Shown: in pieces, positions 37,508 through 48,034 of the stretch | Numbering within the stretch: position 1 is the first letter of the stretch | How the letters are laid out: each line of letters starts with the position of its first letter | NCBI GenBank assembly: GCA_045649205.1 | Contig: JAZRPJ010000187.1 | Span: 12,163-76,162, forward strand | Reading direction: 5' to 3' | Length of the DNA: 64,000 nucleotides | DNA from: Candidatus Flemingiibacterium sp. | Lineage (GTDB): Bacteria; Bacillota; Clostridia; Oscillospirales; CAG-272 | Notes under the pieces: generated by a model | Databases searched by the model: none | What the model was told of the DNA's origin: nothing | What the model saw: the letters and a program-made list of their open reading frames with translations, nothing else | Made by a program: the position numbers and the translations under genes

Positions 37508-37687
37508 TTAGATTTCTTCGTACTTAATCAAATGGCTTACAGTATTGATCATACCTCTGATCTGAGGTGTGTCGTTCTGTTCAACCACGTCTCTTATTTT
37601 CTTAAGGCCGAGAGCTTTAACTGTTGCAATCTGGTTAGCTTTTCTGCCTGCTGTACTCTTTACGAGAGTAATTCTAAGTTTAGCCAT
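37508..37687 (-). CDS. rpmD: 50S ribosomal protein L30 (59 aa)
   Basis: Below the ORF-track cutoff. My translation is [59 protein letters not shown]. Confidence 0.93.
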   Translation of the reverse strand: MAKLRITLVKSTAGRKANQIATVKALGLKKIRDVVEQNDTPQIRGMINTVSHLIKYEEI

Positions 37688-37701
37688 TGTATTACTCCTC
37701 C

Positions 37702-38202
37702 TTACAGTTCGTTAACGTCCTTGCCGCGGAGACGAGCAACTTCTTCAGCGCTCTTCAAGGAAGCAAGACCTTCGATTGTTGCCTTAACCACGTTTGTGGG
37801 GTTATTGCTGCGGAGGCACTTTGTTCTTACGTTCTGGATACCTGCAAGTTCGAGTACGGCTCTTACACCGCCACCTGCGATAACACCAGTACCTTCTGCT
37901 GCGGGCTTAATGAGAACGCGACCTGCACCAAACTCACCAATAACTTCGTGAGGGATAGTAGTATTGAGGAGCGGAACTGAAATCAAGTTCTTCTTTGCTG
38001 CTTCGATACCCTTTCTAATAGCGTCCGGAATTTCTGCAGCCTTACCGATACCGCAACCTACGTGACCGTTACCGTCACCTACAACCATAAGTGCGGTAAA
38101 TCTCATAATACGTCCGCCCTTAACAGTCTTGGAAACGCGTCTGATTGCAACAGACTGTTCCATAAGATCGAGGGTAGACGGATCAAAATTCTGTTTTGCC
38201 AT
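37702..38202 (-). CDS. rpsE: 30S ribosomal protein S5
   Basis: ...[41 protein letters not shown]... The ATG at 38202 (MAKQNFDPS) matches the B. subtilis N-terminus. The track start is the GTG at 38217. Confidence 0.95.
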   Translation of the reverse strand: MAKQNFDPSTLDLMEQSVAIRRVSKTVKGGRIMRFTALMVVGDGNGHVGCGIGKAAEIPDAIRKGIEAAKKNLISVPLLNTTIPHEVIGEFGAGRVLIKPAAEGTGVIAGGGVRAVLELAGIQNVRTKCLRSNNPTNVVKATIEGLASLKSAEEVARLRGKDVNEL

Positions 38203-38324
38203 TTTTGTTTGCCACACGGGTTTTACACGGCTCTTTGTCCGATACCCGTTTCCTCTCTTTAAATAATTTGATGAATTTCTTCACTCAAACCGTGTATAAA
38301 CTGGTCTTTTCGGCTTAAGTTCAA

Positions 38325-38684
38325 TTAGAACTTAAGACCGCCTTCTCTTGCACCTTCTGCAAGCTCCAATACACGACCGTGGTAAACGTATCCGCCTCTG
38401 TCAAATACAACTTCGGTGATACCCTTTGCAGCGGCACGCTCAGCGATAAGCTGACCTACCTTCTTAGCTGCTTCTTTGTTTCCGCCGTTGCCCTCGAAAG
38501 CCTTTTCAAGGGAGGAAGCGGAAGCCAGTGTTACGCCTGCAACGTCATCAATGACCTGAGCCTGGATGTTGTTGAGGGAACGATATACGCAAAGACGCGG
38601 ACGAGCTGCAGTGCCGGAAATCTTGGCTCTGACTCTCTTATGTCTTTTAAGACGCTGGATATTACTATCCTTTCTCGATACCAT
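38325..38684 (-). CDS. rplR: 50S ribosomal protein L18
   Basis: ...[34 protein letters not shown]... Confidence 0.96.
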   Translation of the reverse strand: MVSRKDSNIQRLKRHKRVRAKISGTAARPRLCVYRSLNNIQAQVIDDVAGVTLASASSLEKAFEGNGGNKEAAKKVGQLIAERAAAKGITEVVFDRGGYVYHGRVLELAEGAREGGLKF

Positions 38685-38702
38685 ACTAGTCCACTCCTTT
38701 CA

Positions 38703-39242
38703 TTATTTACCGGTTTTTCCGGCCTTGCGGCGAATGTGCTCGCCTTCATACTTGATACCCTTGCCGAGGTAAGGCTCAGGAGGTCTCTTTTCGCGGATCT
38801 GTGCGGCGATCTGGCCTACAGTCTGCTTGTTGATACCGCTGATGATGATCTCGGTCTGAGAAGGAACGTCGAACTTGATGTCGTCGAACTCTTCAAAGGT
38901 AACATTGTGTGAGTAACCGAGGTTGAGAAGAAGAGTCGTGCCCTGCTTCTGTGCTCTGTAACCTACACCGTTGATTTCGAGCTTTTTCTTGTAGCCCGCG
39001 GTAACGCCTACAACCATGTTGTTGAGAAGGGTACGGGTGAGTCCGTGAATTGCACGGTCTTCCTTCTCATCAGTAGGACGGGTAACTGTAAGCTCAGCGC
39101 CGTTTACTGCGATGGTCATTCTGGAATTGAAGGTCTGTGTGAGAGTGCCGAGAGGACCCTTAACAGTAACTACATTTCCATCAGCGATCTTAATTTCTAC
39201 GCCAGCGGGAACGGCGATTGGTGTTCTTCCAATTCTAGACAT
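38703..39242 (-). CDS. rplF: 50S ribosomal protein L6
   Basis: [19 protein letters not shown]...GPLG... Confidence 0.96.
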   Translation of the reverse strand: MSRIGRTPIAVPAGVEIKIADGNVVTVKGPLGTLTQTFNSRMTIAVNGAELTVTRPTDEKEDRAIHGLTRTLLNNMVVGVTAGYKKKLEINGVGYRAQKQGTTLLLNLGYSHNVTFEEFDDIKFDVPSQTEIIISGINKQTVGQIAAQIREKRPPEPYLGKGIKYEGEHIRRKAGKTGK

Positions 39243-39263
39243 TTTTAATCTCCTCCCGTCTGT

Positions 39264-39662
39264 TTACCATACAAAGGCAAGCACTTCACCACCGACATTG
39301 TTAGCACGAGCTGCCTTGTCGGTCATGATGCCCTTGGATGTAGAAACGATTGCGATTCCGAGACCGTTCATTACGCGAGGCATATCCTCACAGCTCGCAT
39401 AGATGCGAAGACCGGGCTTGGAAACTCTGCGAAGTCCCTTGATGATCTTGGATTTGTTCTGACCATACTTAAGGGTGATTCTGATAACGCCCTGCTTGCC
39501 GTCTTCGATTACCTGGTAGGACTTGATGTAGCCCTCGGTAAGAAGAATGTCAGCGATTGCCTTCTTCATGTTGGAAGCAGGTACATCAACTGTAGCATGC
39601 TTTGCGTCGTTTGCGTTGCGGATACGTGTGAGCATATCTGCAATTACGTCTGAAATTTGCAT
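39264..39662 (-). CDS. rpsH: 30S ribosomal protein S8
   Basis: ...[13 protein letters not shown]......V.VP.S.....IA.IL..EGYI... Confidence 0.96.
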   Translation of the reverse strand: MQISDVIADMLTRIRNANDAKHATVDVPASNMKKAIADILLTEGYIKSYQVIEDGKQGVIRITLKYGQNKSKIIKGLRRVSKPGLRIYASCEDMPRVMNGLGIAIVSTSKGIMTDKAARANNVGGEVLAFVW

Positions 39663-39875
39663 TTTTTTATCCTCCTTTATGCAAGTACGCTAATCCCTTG
39701 CTGCCGGATGATACCGGCTCGCAAATCGGTGGTTAAGCTTGACCGGGTTAATGTCTTGCTTCCTTCCGATAAGATTGGAGCGATTTTATATTGATAGAAT
39801 TTTTATCAATACCGTTTTTAGTCAGCATTTAAGGGAGCTGAACCCCTTTTGTTACGGAACAGTGTCCGTTAAAGC

Positions 39876-40061
39876 TTACCAGCTTGCCTTTCTTACACCC
39901 GGAATTTCGCCCTTGTAAGCGAGTTCACGGAAGCAGATACGGCAGATACCGTATTTACGGAGGTACGCATGGGGACGACCGCAAATCTTGCATCTGTTGT
40001 ATTCGCGGGTGGAGAATTTCTGAGGCTTCTGCTGTTTAAGAATCATTGATTTCTTTGCCAT
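39876..40061 (-). CDS. rpsZ: 30S ribosomal protein S14 type Z (zinc-binding, 61 aa)
   Basis: [61 protein letters not shown], with two CxxC pairs. Confidence 0.96.
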   Translation of the reverse strand: MAKKSMILKQQKPQKFSTREYNRCKICGRPHAYLRKYGICRICFRELAYKGEIPGVRKASW

Positions 40062-40075
40062 TTTTACTCTCCTTA

Positions 40076-40615
40076 TTATTTCGCGAAAGGTGCGCCCATC
40101 AGAGTGAGAAGCTCTCTTGCTTCTTCATCTGTGTTGGCAGTGGTAACGAATGCGATATCCATACCGCGGATCTTATCGATCTTGTCGTATTCGATTTCAG
40201 GGAATATGAGCTGTTCCTTGAGGCCGAGAGAATAGTTTCCTCTGCCGTCGAAGGCGTTGGGGTTGATACCCTTGAAGTCACGAACTCTGGGAAGTGCGAA
40301 GTTGAAGAGTCTATCCATAAACTCATACATTCTTTCGCCGCGGAGAGTTACCTTAACGCCAATCTTCATGCCCTGACGGAGCTTGAAGTTTGCAACCGAC
40401 TTCTTTGCGAATGTCGGAACTGCTTTCTGGCCGGTAATCATCGAGATCTCCTCGATTACAGTGTCAATAACCTTGGAGTTGTCCTTTGCATCGCCGGTAC
40501 CTACGTTAACAACGATCTTGTCCAGCTTCGGGATCTGCATAGGGCTCTTGTAGTTAAACTTGCTCATGAGAGCGGGAGCGACATCGCTCTTATAAAAATC
40601 TCTAAGTCTTGCCAT
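40076..40615 (-). CDS. rplE: 50S ribosomal protein L5
   Basis: ...[24 protein letters not shown]... The ATG at 40615 follows GGGAGG. The track start is the GTG at 40621. Confidence 0.95.
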   Translation of the reverse strand: MARLRDFYKSDVAPALMSKFNYKSPMQIPKLDKIVVNVGTGDAKDNSKVIDTVIEEISMITGQKAVPTFAKKSVANFKLRQGMKIGVKVTLRGERMYEFMDRLFNFALPRVRDFKGINPNAFDGRGNYSLGLKEQLIFPEIEYDKIDKIRGMDIAFVTTANTDEEARELLTLMGAPFAK

Positions 40616-40632
40616 GTTCACTTACCTCCCAC

Positions 40633-40950
40633 TCACAGTTTTGCGCCGCATTTTGCACAAACGCGGACTTTCTTGTCGCCGTCGATTACGTTCTTAACAC
40701 GTACACCCTTGCCGCACTTGTCGCAGTAAAGCTGTACCTTGCTTGCGTACATAGCACCTTCAACCTTAACGATGCCGCCGGTCTCACCCTGACGGCGAGC
40801 CTTTGCATGCTTTGTTACGATGTTGATGCCTTCAACGATTACCTTACCCTCTTTAGGGGAAACTTCAAGGACTTTACCCTTCTTGCCCTTATCGTCGCCG
40901 GAGATTACAATAACGGTATCGTCTTTCTTAACGTGAACCTGTTTATTCAT
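40633..40950 (-). CDS. rplX: 50S ribosomal protein L24
   Basis: ...VKKDDTVIVISGDDKGKKGKVL... KOW motif. It carries a CxxC...CxxC pair. Confidence 0.95.
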   Translation of the reverse strand: MNKQVHVKKDDTVIVISGDDKGKKGKVLEVSPKEGKVIVEGINIVTKHAKARRQGETGGIVKVEGAMYASKVQLYCDKCGKGVRVKNVIDGDKKVRVCAKCGAKL

Positions 40951-40966
40951 TTCTCGATACCTCCTA

Positions 40967-41335
40967 TTATAATACTTCGGGAGCGAGGGAGAGGATCTTT
41001 AAGAAGTCGCCTTCACGAAGCTCTCTTGCTACCGGGCCAAAAATACGGGTTCCTCTGGGGGTTTTGTCTTCCTTAATAACTACAGCTGCGTTTTCATCAA
41101 ACTTGATGTAAGAACCGTCGGCTCTCTTAAGACCCTTTACGCTTCTAACAACGACAGCCTTGACAACGTCGCCCTTCTTGACAACGCCGCCGGGTGTTGC
41201 TTTCTTAACAGCGCAAACTACGATATCGCCGATATTAGCATATCTGCGAGCGGTGCCGCCGAGTACACGGATGCACATAAGCTCCTTTGCGCCTGTGTTG
41301 TCCGCAACCTTCATAAGTGTCTGTTGCTGTATCAC
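40967..41335 (-). CDS. rplN: 50S ribosomal protein L14
   Basis: (M)[26 protein letters not shown]... The GTG at 41335 follows AAGGAGGA. The track start at 41362 is too long. Confidence 0.95.
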   Translation of the reverse strand: MIQQQTLMKVADNTGAKELMCIRVLGGTARRYANIGDIVVCAVKKATPGGVVKKGDVVKAVVVRSVKGLKRADGSYIKFDENAAVVIKEDKTPRGTRIFGPVARELREGDFLKILSLAPEVL

Positions 41336-41400
41336 AGTGCTTATCCTCCTTAGTTTCAGCACGCTACGACGTGCCTACTTAATTTTAAGCTTGTTTGTAA

Positions 41401-41667
41401 TTATTTAGCCTTTTCGATGATCTCAACAAGACGCCATCTCTTGGTCTTGGAGAGAGGTCTGGTTTCCATAACCATTACCTTGTCGCCAACTCCGCATTCA
41501 TTCTTTTCATCGTGAACGTGAATCTTAACGGTACGCTTAATAACCTTGCCGTACATAGGATGCTTTACGTTGTCAAGGATAGCTACAACCGCGGTCTTGT
41601 CCATCTTATCGGAAACGACCATGCCGACACGGGTTTTTCTTAAGTTGCGCTCTGCTACTTCACTCAT
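41401..41667 (-). CDS. rpsQ: 30S ribosomal protein S17
   Basis: ...[19 protein letters not shown]......HP.YGK... Confidence 0.96.
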   Translation of the reverse strand: MSEVAERNLRKTRVGMVVSDKMDKTAVVAILDNVKHPMYGKVIKRTVKIHVHDEKNECGVGDKVMVMETRPLSKTKRWRLVEIIEKAK

Positions 41668-41688
41668 GACTATTCTCCTTCCTTGAAC

Positions 41689-41877
41689 TTACGCATTCTT
41701 TTCATTAAGAATGGTCATAACACGAGCAATGTCGCGCTTAACATCCGCAATTTTATGGGGATTGTCAAGCTGATTGATTGCGTGCTGGAAGCGGAGATTA
41801 AAAAGCTCGCTCTTAAGCTCCATGAGTTTTGCATTGAGTTCTTCAGTAGACATAGCTCTGATTTCAGTTGCTTTCAC
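41689..41877 (-). CDS. rpmC: 50S ribosomal protein L29
   Basis: MKATEIRAMSTEELNAKLMELKSELFNLRFQ... Confidence 0.95.
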   Translation of the reverse strand: MKATEIRAMSTEELNAKLMELKSELFNLRFQHAINQLDNPHKIADVKRDIARVMTILNEKNA

Positions 41878-41880
41878 GGC

Positions 41881-42309
41881 TTATTCCTCCCCCTCTACAG
41901 CAGTCTCTTTTTTCATGAACTTGGTCTTGATGGGGAGCTTGTGACCTGCAAGACGCATAGCTTCTCTTGCAACGTCTTCAGCAACGCCGTCCATCTCGAA
42001 CATTACACGACCGGGCTTAACAACCGCTACCCAGTATTCGGGAGAACCCTTACCGGAACCCATTCGGGTTTCAGCAGGCTTTTCGGTTACAGGCTTATCC
42101 GGGAAAATTTTGATCCATACCTGACCGCCACGCTTGATGTAACGGGTCATAGCGATACGGGCTGCCTCGATCTGATTACTGGTGATCCAAGCAGGCTCAA
42201 GAGCAACAAGACCATATGAGCCGTTGCTGATTGTGTTGCCGCGGTATGCCTTACCGGTAAGTCTGCCGCGATGAACACGTCTGTATTTAACTCTCTTTGG
42301 CATTAACAT
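41881..42309 (-). CDS. rplP: 50S ribosomal protein L16
   Basis: [21 protein letters not shown]... Confidence 0.96.
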   Translation of the reverse strand: MLMPKRVKYRRVHRGRLTGKAYRGNTISNGSYGLVALEPAWITSNQIEAARIAMTRYIKRGGQVWIKIFPDKPVTEKPAETRMGSGKGSPEYWVAVVKPGRVMFEMDGVAEDVAREAMRLAGHKLPIKTKFMKKETAVEGEE

Positions 42310-42314
42310 GGTGA

Positions 42315-43091
42315 TTACTGCTCCTTTCTGTCGGAATTACGGCGCTCGCCTCTGGGGGCGCGATCGCCTCTGGGAGCGCGGCGTTCACGGCGCTCGCCCT
42401 TTTCGTTCTTGTCAAAGCTCTTAGGAGCCTTGGGCTGTTCAACAGCTACGCGAGCCGCTGCGCCGTTAAGAACCTCACCTCTGTAAATCCATACCTTGAT
42501 ACCGATTTTACCATAGGTGGTGTTTGCTTCATAGAAACCGTAGTCGATGTCGGCACGGAGAGTCTGAAGCGGAATAGTACCTTCATGATAGTGTTCGGTT
42601 CTCGCGATTTCTGCGCCGCCAAGACGACCGCTGCAGCAGATCTTGATACCCTTTGCACCAAGCTTGATGGTTCTGCCGATGCACTGCTTCATAGCGCGGC
42701 GGAAACCGATTCTGCGTTCAAGCTGGCTTGCGATATTCTCGGCAACGAGCTGTGCGGAGAGGTCGGGGGACTTCACCTCAACAACGTTGACGGATACCGG
42801 CTTCTTAACGATGGACTCGATTTCGAGTCTGAGCTTTTCAATCTCTGTACCGCCCTTACCGATGATCTGACCGGGCTTTGCACAGTGGATGAAAACTCTT
42901 ACCTTCTGGTTGTCGCGTTCGATTTCGATCTTCGGAACGCCGGCAGCCTGAAGCTTATTCTTGAGATATTTTCTCAGCTTATAGTCGGAAACAAGTGTAT
43001 CGCCGAACTCTTCGTCACGGACATACCATCTTGAATCCCAGTTCTTAATAACACCTACACGGAGACCGTGGGGATTAACTTTCTGACCCAT
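42315..43091 (-). CDS. rpsC: 30S ribosomal protein S3, with an Arg/Gly-rich C-terminal extension
   Basis: [13 protein letters not shown]... The tail is ...[28 protein letters not shown]. Confidence 0.96.
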   Translation of the reverse strand: MGQKVNPHGLRVGVIKNWDSRWYVRDEEFGDTLVSDYKLRKYLKNKLQAAGVPKIEIERDNQKVRVFIHCAKPGQIIGKGGTEIEKLRLEIESIVKKPVSVNVVEVKSPDLSAQLVAENIASQLERRIGFRRAMKQCIGRTIKLGAKGIKICCSGRLGGAEIARTEHYHEGTIPLQTLRADIDYGFYEANTTYGKIGIKVWIYRGEVLNGAAARVAVEQPKAPKSFDKNEKGERRERRAPRGDRAPRGERRNSDRKEQ

Positions 43092-43116
43092 TTTGGCATT
43101 TAACCTCCTTCTTGGA

Positions 43117-43461
43117 TTATTCTTTTTCCTTCACTGCGAGCGTAATGTGGCTCGTTCTCTTGAAGATTCTGAACGCTCTGCCCTGTGCTCTGGGCATGAT
43201 GCGCTTAAGTGTAGGTCCGGGGCATACGAAGCATTCAGAAACGTAAAGCTTCGATGCGTCCATTCCGAAATTATGCTCAGCATTTGCTACCGCGCTCTTT
43301 AAGAGCTTGATAAGATATTCGGATGCGCTCTTGGGGGTATTCTTGAGAATAGCCATAGCAGTTGCAGCATCCTTACCTCTGATAAGGTCAAGAACGATCT
43401 TAACCTTGCGAGGGGAAATTCTTACATACTTGAGGTAAGCTCTTGCATCTCTCTGTTCCAT
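43117..43461 (-). CDS. rplV: 50S ribosomal protein L22
   Basis: ...[24 protein letters not shown]... Confidence 0.96.
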   Translation of the reverse strand: MEQRDARAYLKYVRISPRKVKIVLDLIRGKDAATAMAILKNTPKSASEYLIKLLKSAVANAEHNFGMDASKLYVSECFVCPGPTLKRIMPRAQGRAFRIFKRTSHITLAVKEKE

Positions 43462-43535
43462 TATTAATTGCCTCCCTTCGCCATAGCGATAAAAAGTTTG
43501 ACATTATCCGTTTTATTCGGATACTAATTCTTCAA

Positions 43536-43817
43536 TTATTTGCCGTTGTTCGAGGTCTTGGAGCCCGCATGACCCTTAAAGGTTCTTGTAGGAGCAAACT
43601 CACCGAGTTTGTGACCTACCATGTCCTCGGTAACATATACCGGAACGTGCTTGCGTCCGTCGTGAACTGCGATGGTGTGACCAACGAATTCCGGGAAGAT
43701 TGTAGAAGCGCGAGACCATGTTTTAAGGACCTTCTTTTCGCCCTTTTCGTTCATGGCTTCGATTCTGTCAAAAAGTTTCTTTTCGACGAAAGGACCCTTT
43801 TTAAGACTTCTGCTCAT
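43536..43817 (-). CDS. rpsS: 30S ribosomal protein S19
   Basis: [16 protein letters not shown]...[30 protein letters not shown]... Confidence 0.97.
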   Translation of the reverse strand: MSRSLKKGPFVEKKLFDRIEAMNEKGEKKVLKTWSRASTIFPEFVGHTIAVHDGRKHVPVYVTEDMVGHKLGEFAPTRTFKGHAGSKTSNNGK

Positions 43818-43836
43818 TTAGTGGTGCCTCCTTCTC

Positions 43837-44667
43837 TTACTTACCGTTTCTGGATTTTACGATGAACTTGTTGGTGCGTGCCTTCTTATTTCTGGTCTTG
43901 TAACCGTTGGTGGGTTTACCCCAAGGAGTTACAGGAGTAGGACGACCGATAGGTGCGCGGCCTTCACCACCACCGTGAGGGTGATCGCAGGGGTTCATTA
44001 CAGAACCGCGTACGTGAGGACGAATACCTTTGTGGCGAGTCTTACCTGCTTTACCGAGCTTAACATTCTCGTGTTCGAGGTTGCCGACCTGACCGATGGT
44101 AGCCTTGCACTCGAGGCGAACGATTCTTACTTCGCCGGAAGGAAGTCTTACCTGAGCCATGCCGTTTTCCTTAGCCATGAGCTGTGCAGCAGCGCCCGCA
44201 GAACGAACGAGCTGAGCGCCCTTACCGGGATAAAGCTCAATGTTATGGATAACAGTACCTACAGGAATGTTTGCGATAGGCAGTGTGTTGCCGACCTTAA
44301 TATCGGAATTTGCACCGGAGTAGATTACGTCGCCGTCGGTAAGACCGGAGGGGGCGAGAACGTAGCTTCTTGTGCCGTCTTCATACTCAACAAGAGCGAT
44401 ATAAGCAGTTCTGTTAGGGTCGTACTCAACGCCGATAACCTTAGCTGCTACGTCAAGAGTGTTTCTCTTGAAGTCGATAATTCTGTACTTCTGCTTGTTT
44501 CCGCCGCCTCTGTGACGAACAGTGATCTTACCGTAGCTGTTACGGCCGGCGGTTTTCTTAAGAGTAACAGTAAGCTTCTTCTCAGGGCTGAACTTTGTGA
44601 TTTCAGCGAAGGAAGGATCGCTCATGTGGCGTCTGCCCGGAGTAGTGGGTTTGAATTTAGTAGACAT
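43837..44667 (-). CDS. rplB: 50S ribosomal protein L2
   Basis: ...[24 protein letters not shown]... and ...[12 protein letters not shown].... Confidence 0.97.
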   Translation of the reverse strand: MSTKFKPTTPGRRHMSDPSFAEITKFSPEKKLTVTLKKTAGRNSYGKITVRHRGGGNKQKYRIIDFKRNTLDVAAKVIGVEYDPNRTAYIALVEYEDGTRSYVLAPSGLTDGDVIYSGANSDIKVGNTLPIANIPVGTVIHNIELYPGKGAQLVRSAGAAAQLMAKENGMAQVRLPSGEVRIVRLECKATIGQVGNLEHENVKLGKAGKTRHKGIRPHVRGSVMNPCDHPHGGGEGRAPIGRPTPVTPWGKPTNGYKTRNKKARTNKFIVKSRNGK

Positions 44668-44686
44668 TATTTCACTCCTCCTTCAA

Positions 44687-44980
44687 TTACATCATGCCGT
44701 CGAAGAACTCAATGGTCTTGGAGTCGGGCTTAAGTGTAACGATTGCCTTCTTCCAGTCAGAGGTGTAACCCTGATGGTAACCGAGTCTCTTCGGCTTCTT
44801 CTTCATGTTGATTGTGTTAACGTCTGCGACTTTAACCTTGAAAAGCTCTTCAACCGCTGCTGCGATCTCTGCCTTTGTGGCGTCGCTCATTACCTTGAAG
44901 GTATACTTCTTATTCTGAGCCGCGCTCATGCTGGCTTCGGAAATAATCGGCTTAACAATTATATCGTGAACCGTCTTCAT
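44687..44980 (-). CDS. rplW: 50S ribosomal protein L23
   Basis: ...II.KPIISE.S.......KYTFKV...A.K.EI..AVE..F.VKV..VNT... Confidence 0.95.
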   Translation of the reverse strand: MKTVHDIIVKPIISEASMSAAQNKKYTFKVMSDATKAEIAAAVEELFKVKVADVNTINMKKKPKRLGYHQGYTSDWKKAIVTLKPDSKTIEFFDGMM

Positions 44981-45603
44981 TATGCATATACCTCCTGGAT
45001 TTTTTCTGCCGCGTCCTTCGCTACGATGAACTTATCGCAGTTGAGGATATCATAAACATTAAGAGTGTTTACGAGAGCGGTCTTAACGCCGGGGATGTTT
45101 GCCATGCTCTTTACGGTGATGGCATCGTTCTCGGCGAGAACAACCAGCGCCTTTCTCTCAGAGCCGAGAGCCTTGAGCATGTTGACCATGGTCTTGGTCT
45201 TGTACTCTGCTGTTGCAATGTTGTCAACAACGATCATGCTGCCTTCTGCAACTTTAGAGGAAAATGCGCTCTGGAGAGCGATTCTCTTAACCTTCTTGTT
45301 GATCTCAAAGTGATAGCTTCTGGGCTTGGGGCCGAGAGCGATACCACCGTGAGTCCACTGAGGAGAACGGGTTGAACCCTGTCTTGCATGGCCTGTACCC
45401 TTCTGCTTCCAGGGCTTCTTGCCGCCGCCGGAGACTTCGGAACGAGTCTTGGTAGACTGAGTACCCTGTCTTTGATTTGCGAGGTATGATTTAACAGCTA
45501 AATGGAGAACCGCACTGTTTACCTCTGCGCCGAATACAGCATCGGAGAGAGTGATTTCGCCCACTTCCTTGCCGGCCATATTCAAAACTTTCATGTTAGG
45601 CAT
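44980..45603 (-). CDS. rplD: 50S ribosomal protein L4
   Basis: ...[33 protein letters not shown]... Confidence 0.96.
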   Translation of the reverse strand: MPNMKVLNMAGKEVGEITLSDAVFGAEVNSAVLHLAVKSYLANQRQGTQSTKTRSEVSGGGKKPWKQKGTGHARQGSTRSPQWTHGGIALGPKPRSYHFEINKKVKRIALQSAFSSKVAEGSMIVVDNIATAEYKTKTMVNMLKALGSERKALVVLAENDAITVKSMANIPGVKTALVNTLNVYDILNCDKFIVAKDAAEKIQEVYA

Positions 45604-45621
45604 AGTGATTTCCTCCTTCCG

Positions 45622-46251
45622 TTATGCTTTTACAGAATCACGGATGAACACGATGTTACCGCGAGAACCGGGAACTGCGCCCTTAACTGCGATAATGTTC
45701 TTCTCCGCGTCGATCTTTACTACTTCGAGGTTGAGAACGGTGGACTTAACGTTACCGTACTGACCTGCCATGTGCTTGTTCTTGAAGATTCTTGCAGGGT
45801 CGATAACGCCCATAGAACCGATGTGACGGTGAACAGGACCGTTACCGTGAGTCATACGCATTCTGTGCTGACCCCATCTCTTGATCACGCCGGAATATCC
45901 GTGACCCTTGGATGTACCTGTAATGTCGACCTTCTCGCCTGCGGCGAAGGTATCGGCGGTAATCGTGTCACCAACATTCATGGACGCTGCATCATCAAGA
46001 CGGAATTCTTTCAAATGCTTCTTGTTTTCAACACCTGCTTTTTTGAAGTGTCCCATCTCAGCCTTGGTGAGATGCTTTTCCTTGACTCCACCGAATCCGA
46101 GCTGAACAGCGTCGTAACCGTCAGTTTCTGCGGTCTTCTTCTGAACGACTGTGCAGGGGCCGGCTTCAATTACTGTAACCGGAATTACGTTTCCGATTTC
46201 GTCGAAGATCTGAGTCATACCGATCTTCTTGCCTATGATGGCTTTCTTCAT
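45622..46251 (-). CDS. rplC: 50S ribosomal protein L3
   Basis: ...[30 protein letters not shown]... Confidence 0.96.
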   Translation of the reverse strand: MKKAIIGKKIGMTQIFDEIGNVIPVTVIEAGPCTVVQKKTAETDGYDAVQLGFGGVKEKHLTKAEMGHFKKAGVENKKHLKEFRLDDAASMNVGDTITADTFAAGEKVDITGTSKGHGYSGVIKRWGQHRMRMTHGNGPVHRHIGSMGVIDPARIFKNKHMAGQYGNVKSTVLNLEVVKIDAEKNIIAVKGAVPGSRGNIVFIRDSVKA

Positions 46252-46352
46252 TTTGTTTTCCTCCTAAGATTATTGGTTGACGTTTTGGATTTTCGCTTTC
46301 GCGATTACGCCAACATGACCTTTGGTTTGCTCTTTCGAGCTGACGGGTGGGA

Positions 46353-46664
46353 TTAGAGCTTGATCTCTATCTCAACACCGGCGGGTAATTCAAGTCCCAT
46401 CAGAGCTTCTACTGTCTTTTCAGAGGGCTTGATCACATCGATGAGTCTCTTGTGAGTTCTCATTTCAAACTGCTCGCGGCTGTCCTTATACTTGTGAACA
46501 GCACGAAGAATCGTAACGATTTCCTTCTCGGTAGGGAGCGGAATCGGGCCGGAAACGGTTGCGCCGTTTCTCTTAGCGGTTTCAACGATTTTCTGAGCGG
46601 CCTGATCAGCTAATGTGTGATCGTAGCTCTTAAGACGAATTCTGATCTTCTCCTTGACTGCCAT
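46353..46664 (-). CDS. rpsJ: 30S ribosomal protein S10
   Basis: [39 protein letters not shown]... The ATG at 46664 follows AAAAGGAGG. The track start at 46769 is too long. Confidence 0.96.
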   Translation of the reverse strand: MAVKEKIRIRLKSYDHTLADQAAQKIVETAKRNGATVSGPIPLPTEKEIVTILRAVHKYKDSREQFEMRTHKRLIDVIKPSEKTVEALMGLELPAGVEIEIKL

Positions 46665-46925
46665 AGTTTTTTGCCTCCTTTTCATTAATGGAGGGCGGTT
46701 TTGCTCAAACACTGTGTCGGGTGTTTCTTTGGTTCCCGTACAAAAACCGCACTTGTTCGCAAGACACAAACGCGGCTATACGAAGCCTTTGATTCACAGA
46801 ACATAGTATCTGATTGACAACGCCCGGTTAAATATCGGACATACTCCGGCGGAAATTAACCAACACAATCGGGCTTCTACCGATTTGTTGCAACCTCCCG
46901 CCATTAAACGCACGTCAACTATTAC

Positions 46926-46954
46926 ATTATACACCATTATTGCCGTAAAGTCAA
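46926..46954 (-). promoter_or_regulatory. sigma-A promoter of the S10 operon
   Basis: The minus strand reads TTGACT (46954-46949), 17 nt, TATAAT (46931-46926). This implies a leader of about 250 nt before rpsJ. Confidence 0.6.
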
Positions 46955-47147
46955 TAGTTTTTGCAAAAATATATATTTTTTCAAAAAATAATTTTTCACA
47001 AACTTTAATAGTATTTCTTGTGCACATTGCACACAAGCTGATACATTTTCAATATTTTCCGGGTAATGGAAAAATGTTCACAACAGATTCATATATAGGA
47101 GTTATAATAATTTAGTGACGTAAATTACGCGAAAGGATACAACAGTT

Positions 47148-47981
47148 ATGAAAAAGTACAACCGTTTTTCGCTGACACTTTTTTTCATTTCGATATGTGC
47201 GGCAGTGCTATCTGTCGCTGCTCGAATTTTTCTCACCAACAACTTATTGGAGACGGATAAGCACGGTGTATATATGCGCGGCAGTATGCTGCCGACGGTA
47301 TACCATATTCTGTTAGCGCTCTTTATTGCCGCGCTGGTTTTGGCATCCATAATAATAGGAAGAAAAAATGCATCCTCGGCACTCATTACCACCACAAACC
47401 TCACCGTATTTACCGCCTGTGTTTCAGCCTTTCTCACCGCCGTCTACCTTTTCCTTTTCATCTGGGGTGTTGCAAGATCCGATACATCCACCAAAATTAC
47501 AGATGTATTGGCTATCGCTTCTGTAGTTCCTACTGTGATATTTTTCTTTCTCATTGCATTTCAAAAAAGAGAACGCACCTCGGCTCTGGCAATAGCCTCG
47601 CTTTTCCCTGCGGTTTGGTCGGCTATCGAAACCATGCGCCTCTATTTTAACACCGAACTGCTCATGAACAATCCCGATAAGATTCTCGGAGAATTCGCCC
47701 TTATCGCCTCTATGCTTTTCTTCTTATTTGAAGCAAGAAATCAGATCGGCATCCCACTTAAGGGGCTGTATCAGGCAGCAGCAGTAACCGCACCGATTTT
47801 GCTTCTTACAGCATCGATCCCCAACCTTATTTGTGTCGATAAGCTGAGTGACGGATCTTCGATTTCCACAATCAGATATATGGCTTACGTCGCTATCTCC
47901 CTGTTTATCTACTCAAGAGCACTGGCATATGCCGTCACTCCAAGTGAAGAAAGCAATCTGGAAGAAGCGAATGAAGAGTGA
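47148..47981 (+). CDS. hypothetical polytopic membrane protein
   Basis: 277 aa with about 8 hydrophobic segments and an acidic C-terminus. I recognise no family. Confidence 0.55.
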   Translation: MKKYNRFSLTLFFISICAAVLSVAARIFLTNNLLETDKHGVYMRGSMLPTVYHILLALFIAALVLASIIIGRKNASSALITTTNLTVFTACVSAFLTAVYLFLFIWGVARSDTSTKITDVLAIASVVPTVIFFFLIAFQKRERTSALAIASLFPAVWSAIETMRLYFNTELLMNNPDKILGEFALIASMLFFLFEARNQIGIPLKGLYQAAAVTAPILLLTASIPNLICVDKLSDGSSISTIRYMAYVAISLFIYSRALAYAVTPSEESNLEEANEE

Positions 47982-47992
47982 ACCGTTTCAAT

Positions 47993-48034
47993 AAAAAAAT
48001 AGCTGAGGCTGTCGTAGGACAGCCTCGTTTTTTT
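47993..48034. terminator. bidirectional terminator (47148 gene / spoIIIAH)
   Basis: gaggctgtc gtag gacagcctc, flanked by AAAAAAA and TTTTTTT. Confidence 0.8.

Noticed and set aside
39745-39825. 26-aa minus-strand mini-ORF (MLTKNGIDKNSINIKSLQSYRKEARH) in the S14-S8 spacer
   Set aside because: It has no convincing SD and I cannot assess conservation. Chance occurrence in AT-rich sequence is more likely.
35780-46356. Multiple 150-290-aa plus-strand ORFs inside the ribosomal cluster (for example 35780-36610, 40046-40729, 43975-44733, 45502-46356)
   Set aside because: All lie antisense to highly conserved ribosomal or secY genes and are Cys/His-rich nonsense. They are shadow ORFs.
46794-47036. 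80-aa minus-strand ORF upstream of rpsJ
   Set aside because: It spans the predicted S10 promoter and leader, has no RBS and has an odd composition.
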